Shown here piece by piece: positions 61,413-64,000 of a stretch of 64,000 bases of DNA. Origin of the DNA: an uncultured Bacilli bacterium. GTDB taxonomy: Bacteria > Bacillota_I > Bacilli_A > ML615J-28 > CAG-698. Position 1 is the first letter of the stretch, and the number at the start of each line of letters is the position of its first letter. The notes under the pieces were generated by a model. The model was not told the origin of the DNA and searched no databases. It saw nothing but the letters and a program-made list of their open reading frames with translations. Made by a program: the position numbers and the translations under genes. The stretch spans positions 199,770 through 263,769 of the forward strand of contig CAKOMG010000002.1 in the NCBI GenBank assembly GCA_934096585.1, given 5' to 3'.

Positions 61413-62501
61413 ATGAAAGATTTTATTACTGCACTTATTGTGCCATCAAGAATGCGTAAATTTCGCTATATGAGTATTCTCATAGCAATGTTAATATTCG
61501 TTGTCAGTATTTATTTAATAAGTATTCCTCACAATGTATTTTTAAATCAAAATAAAGACAAATTTATTAAAGAAAACTCTTATGTTAGTGTGTATGAAGA
61601 TTTAGAAAACACCGCGCTAAGTGATGACTTTAAGAATCAAGGATATAAAGTTGTTAAAAACGCAATGACTTCTAAAACTAATGAAGGTCTTGTTAAAATA
61701 TTCCAATTTAACACTGATGCAACTATAAAAGGTGAACAAAAAAATATTAATTTATATGTGGTTTTTGATCCTAAAAGCACACTTCTAGATAATACTGAAA
61801 AAATCAAAAAAGGATACTTAGCAAAATTTGAGAATGCAAAATATGCCCAATCAATTGCTTATTTGATTTATATTGATTCTCTTTCAACAACTGAAGAAGT
61901 AAATGATGCATGGTATGAAGAACGTTATATATATTATAACAGTCTATCAAAAGAAGAAATCCAAAAAATATACCAATCAAAAAACAATTTTGATTTATAT
62001 GGTATTAAAATTACAGGAGAAAATAATTATTTGACTATTTTCTTAAAAGACCAATTAATTACACAAATAGCTTATAAAGCTAAAGAAGGTGCTGATGTAA
62101 CTTATCCAGCATTAACTTCATATTATAGTAATTGTGATGACATTGATTTTAGCTCAGTTACAACATTAAAAGAATTTGGTACTGTTGTGGCAAATGGCTT
62201 ATTCAAAGCATTAAAAGAAACAGAAAAAACTAGATACTTATTTAATGTTATAATTTATGCAATCATTTATCCCGCAATATATTGTTTATTATTATTCTGG
62301 TGTATGCGTAAAAGAGGTACAATGAAAACATACAAAGAATATTATAACGTAGCATCAATTGCTAGTATTATTCCAGTTTTAGCAACATTTATTACTGGTT
62401 GGTTTGTACCAAATGCTGTATTAATTTATGGTATTGGTTTCTCAGTAATGACATTAATTGCATTTTATAAAATAAATCTTACTCCAGAACAAGGTGTATA
62501 A
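61413..62501 (+). CDS. membrane protein (N- and C-terminal TM segments)
   Basis: Hydrophobic ends flank a soluble middle. Confidence 0.5.
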   Translation: MKDFITALIVPSRMRKFRYMSILIAMLIFVVSIYLISIPHNVFLNQNKDKFIKENSYVSVYEDLENTALSDDFKNQGYKVVKNAMTSKTNEGLVKIFQFNTDATIKGEQKNINLYVVFDPKSTLLDNTEKIKKGYLAKFENAKYAQSIAYLIYIDSLSTTEEVNDAWYEERYIYYNSLSKEEIQKIYQSKNNFDLYGIKITGENNYLTIFLKDQLITQIAYKAKEGADVTYPALTSYYSNCDDIDFSSVTTLKEFGTVVANGLFKALKETEKTRYLFNVIIYAIIYPAIYCLLLFWCMRKRGTMKTYKEYYNVASIASIIPVLATFITGWFVPNAVLIYGIGFSVMTLIAFYKINLTPEQGV

Positions 62502-62602
62502 AGATTATTATTTATATTTAATTCGACATTAACTTGCTTTGTTAGAATTAGATGAATCACTAACAAATTACTAATAATATTGTAAAATGTTCATTAAAGA
62601 AT

Positions 62603-62634
62603 AAAAAGTCTCCTAAATAAAAGGAGACTTTTTG
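62603..62634. terminator. bidirectional terminator
   Basis: aagtctcct-aaataaa-aggagactt flanked by A-run and T-run, between convergent genes. Confidence 0.7.
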
Positions 62635-63855
62635 CTATCTTGATATAATTTTTACAATATTAATTAAAATATTTACGCATCTATCCATTGCTTCAGTTGT
62701 TATACATTCATATCTACCATGACAATTATAGCCACCTGTTCCAAGATTTGGACATAGAATGTTATTGTATGTTAGAGTTGCACCATCAGTTCCCCCTCTA
62801 ATTGGTGAGATGATTGGAGCTATACCTTCCATAATAGTTGCTTCCTTTGCAATATCAACTATTTCCATATGATCCTTTAAATACTCATACATATTATAAT
62901 AAGTATCTTTAATTGTTACTTTAACTGGATTAGTTTCGTATTTTTTATTTAAGAATTCTTGAATATCTAAGAAATTTTGTTTTTGTTTATTGAATAACTC
63001 TTTATCATGATTTCTTATTATATAATGCATCTTTGTATTTTCAACTGTCCCTTCAATATCATTTAAATGATTAAATCCTTCATACATTGTTGTGTTTTCT
63101 GGCTTATTAAAAGAAGGAAGAAGATTGTTGAATTCCATAGCGATTAAAATACTATTAATCATATGACCTTTAGCGCTACCTGGGTGAATGTTAATACCAT
63201 TAATTTCTACATCAGCACTAGCTGCATTAAAATTTTCGTAGTCAATTGAACCTTCAGCACCACCATCAACTGTATATGCAAAATCAACTTTAAATTCCTC
63301 ATAATTAAATTTGCTTGTCCCTTCCCCTATTTCTTCATCAGGAGTAAAACAAATTCTAATCATTCCATGTTCAAATTCTTTATGGTCATGAATGTATTCA
63401 ACAAGTGTCATTATTTCCGCAATACCGGCTTTATCATCAGCCCCTAGTAATGTTGTTCCATCAGTGACAATTAGAGTTTCTCCAACTCTATTTTTTAAGA
63501 ATGGAAACTCTTTAACACTCATTACAATATTTTTTTCTTCATTTAAAACGACATCTTCACCATTATAATTAAATATCATTCTTGGATTTACATTTTCTCC
63601 AGTTAAATCTGGTGAAGTATCCATGTGGGAAATAAATCCAATTGTTTTAATGTCTTTTTTAGAGTTGCTTGGTATATAGCCATATACATAACCATATTTA
63701 TCCATATAGGCATTAGTAACTCCAAGATCTAGTAATTCATCGACTAATACTTTACCAAGATTAAATTGACACTTAGTGCTAGGATGACTTGTACTATTTG
63801 GATCAGACATTGTATTTATTTTGACATAATTTAAAAATCTTGCAAAACTTTTCAT
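62635..63855 (-). CDS. pepT: peptidase T (tripeptide aminopeptidase, M20B)
   Basis: MKSFARFLNYVKINTMSD N-terminus, HMDT and GADDKAG motifs typical of PepT. Confidence 0.75.
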   Translation of the reverse strand: MKSFARFLNYVKINTMSDPNSTSHPSTKCQFNLGKVLVDELLDLGVTNAYMDKYGYVYGYIPSNSKKDIKTIGFISHMDTSPDLTGENVNPRMIFNYNGEDVVLNEEKNIVMSVKEFPFLKNRVGETLIVTDGTTLLGADDKAGIAEIMTLVEYIHDHKEFEHGMIRICFTPDEEIGEGTSKFNYEEFKVDFAYTVDGGAEGSIDYENFNAASADVEINGINIHPGSAKGHMINSILIAMEFNNLLPSFNKPENTTMYEGFNHLNDIEGTVENTKMHYIIRNHDKELFNKQKQNFLDIQEFLNKKYETNPVKVTIKDTYYNMYEYLKDHMEIVDIAKEATIMEGIAPIISPIRGGTDGATLTYNNILCPNLGTGGYNCHGRYECITTEAMDRCVNILINIVKIISR

Positions 63856-64000
63856 ATAATTCTCCTTTTTCTAAATTTTACCACTTGTAAATTTAATTGT
63901 CAAATAATTATTTAAAAATGGGCTTTTACCTAATCAATTATTTGATTTTAAACATATATTATATTGGTGATAAAAGTTGATTGATAAAAAAACATGTGAA

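Noticed and set aside
1-64000. Mycoplasma/Spiroplasma genetic code (TGA = Trp)
   Set aside because: TGA terminates well-conserved genes (for example recD ...FNG-TGA), and Trp in conserved motifs is TGG (GPWGCGKT). The standard or bacterial code fits.
1-64000. CRISPR arrays, tRNA genes, rRNA, integrases or transposases
   Set aside because: No regularly spaced direct repeats, no tRNA-like GC-rich cloverleaf segments and no recombinase or transposase motifs were seen.

Overview
This is a very AT-rich bacterial chromosome segment that uses the standard genetic code: TGA works as a stop (for example at the recD stop) and Trp is encoded by TGG. It looks Firmicutes- or Acholeplasma-like.

The window opens with a possibly 5'-partial ORF, then an HD-domain hydrolase gene and an ADP-ribosylglycohydrolase gene. 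From roughly 46.3 kb onward it carries ordinary housekeeping genes: an Isf-like flavoprotein, an XRE regulator, GNAT, a lipoprotein, an SGNH hydrolase, MgtC, a MATE transporter, trkA and trkH, an NPPY methyltransferase, DAHP synthase, an M32 carboxypeptidase and pepT.

Between about 3.0 and 46.3 kb lies a long, same-strand, gene-dense accessory region of defence-island type. I found no integrase, transposase, tRNA or CRISPR in it. An apparently core recC-recB-recD operon (22.5-30.4 kb) interrupts it.

The accessory region contains:
- two tandem copies of a roughly 70-bp element, each encoding a tiny MLSH...YFIIL peptide;
- a UvrD-family helicase with two C-terminal topoisomerase-type Zn ribbons;
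- a frameshifted RecD/Pif1-like helicase;
- a tight operon: cytoplasmic trypsin-like protease, overlapping 520-aa unknown protein, 3-TM protein, DUF2971-like protein and a soluble KAP-family P-loop NTPase;
- a gamma-class N6-adenine methyltransferase convergent with a candidate endonuclease;
- a Sel1-repeat protein;
- a soluble FtsH-like AAA+/M41 (HEAGH) protease with a 558-aa partner;
- two tiny YD-repeat-like proteins;
- a catalytically intact RNase III paralogue (with an insertion and a dsRBD) translationally coupled to a small HExxH protein;
- a frameshifted gene remnant;
- a NERD-RecQ fusion helicase (1237 aa) with a tail-anchored coiled-coil neighbour;
- a DUF4143-type AAA ATPase.

A roughly 45-bp promoter cassette (TTTTAACGGTTGAAA...TTGATATAATA) occurs three times. 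It drives two ORF-less, terminator-bounded transcripts (likely small ncRNAs at about 22.03-22.15 kb and 30.41-30.63 kb) and the FtsH-like operon.

The strongest candidates for an undescribed system are the protease/3-TM/DUF2971/KAP operon, the RNase III-HExxH pair and the soluble FtsH-like protease pair. All domain calls rest on motif recognition by eye, not on database searches. Sequence line numbering appears to drift by 1 nt in places, so feature coordinates not taken from the ORF track are approximate to about 2 nt.
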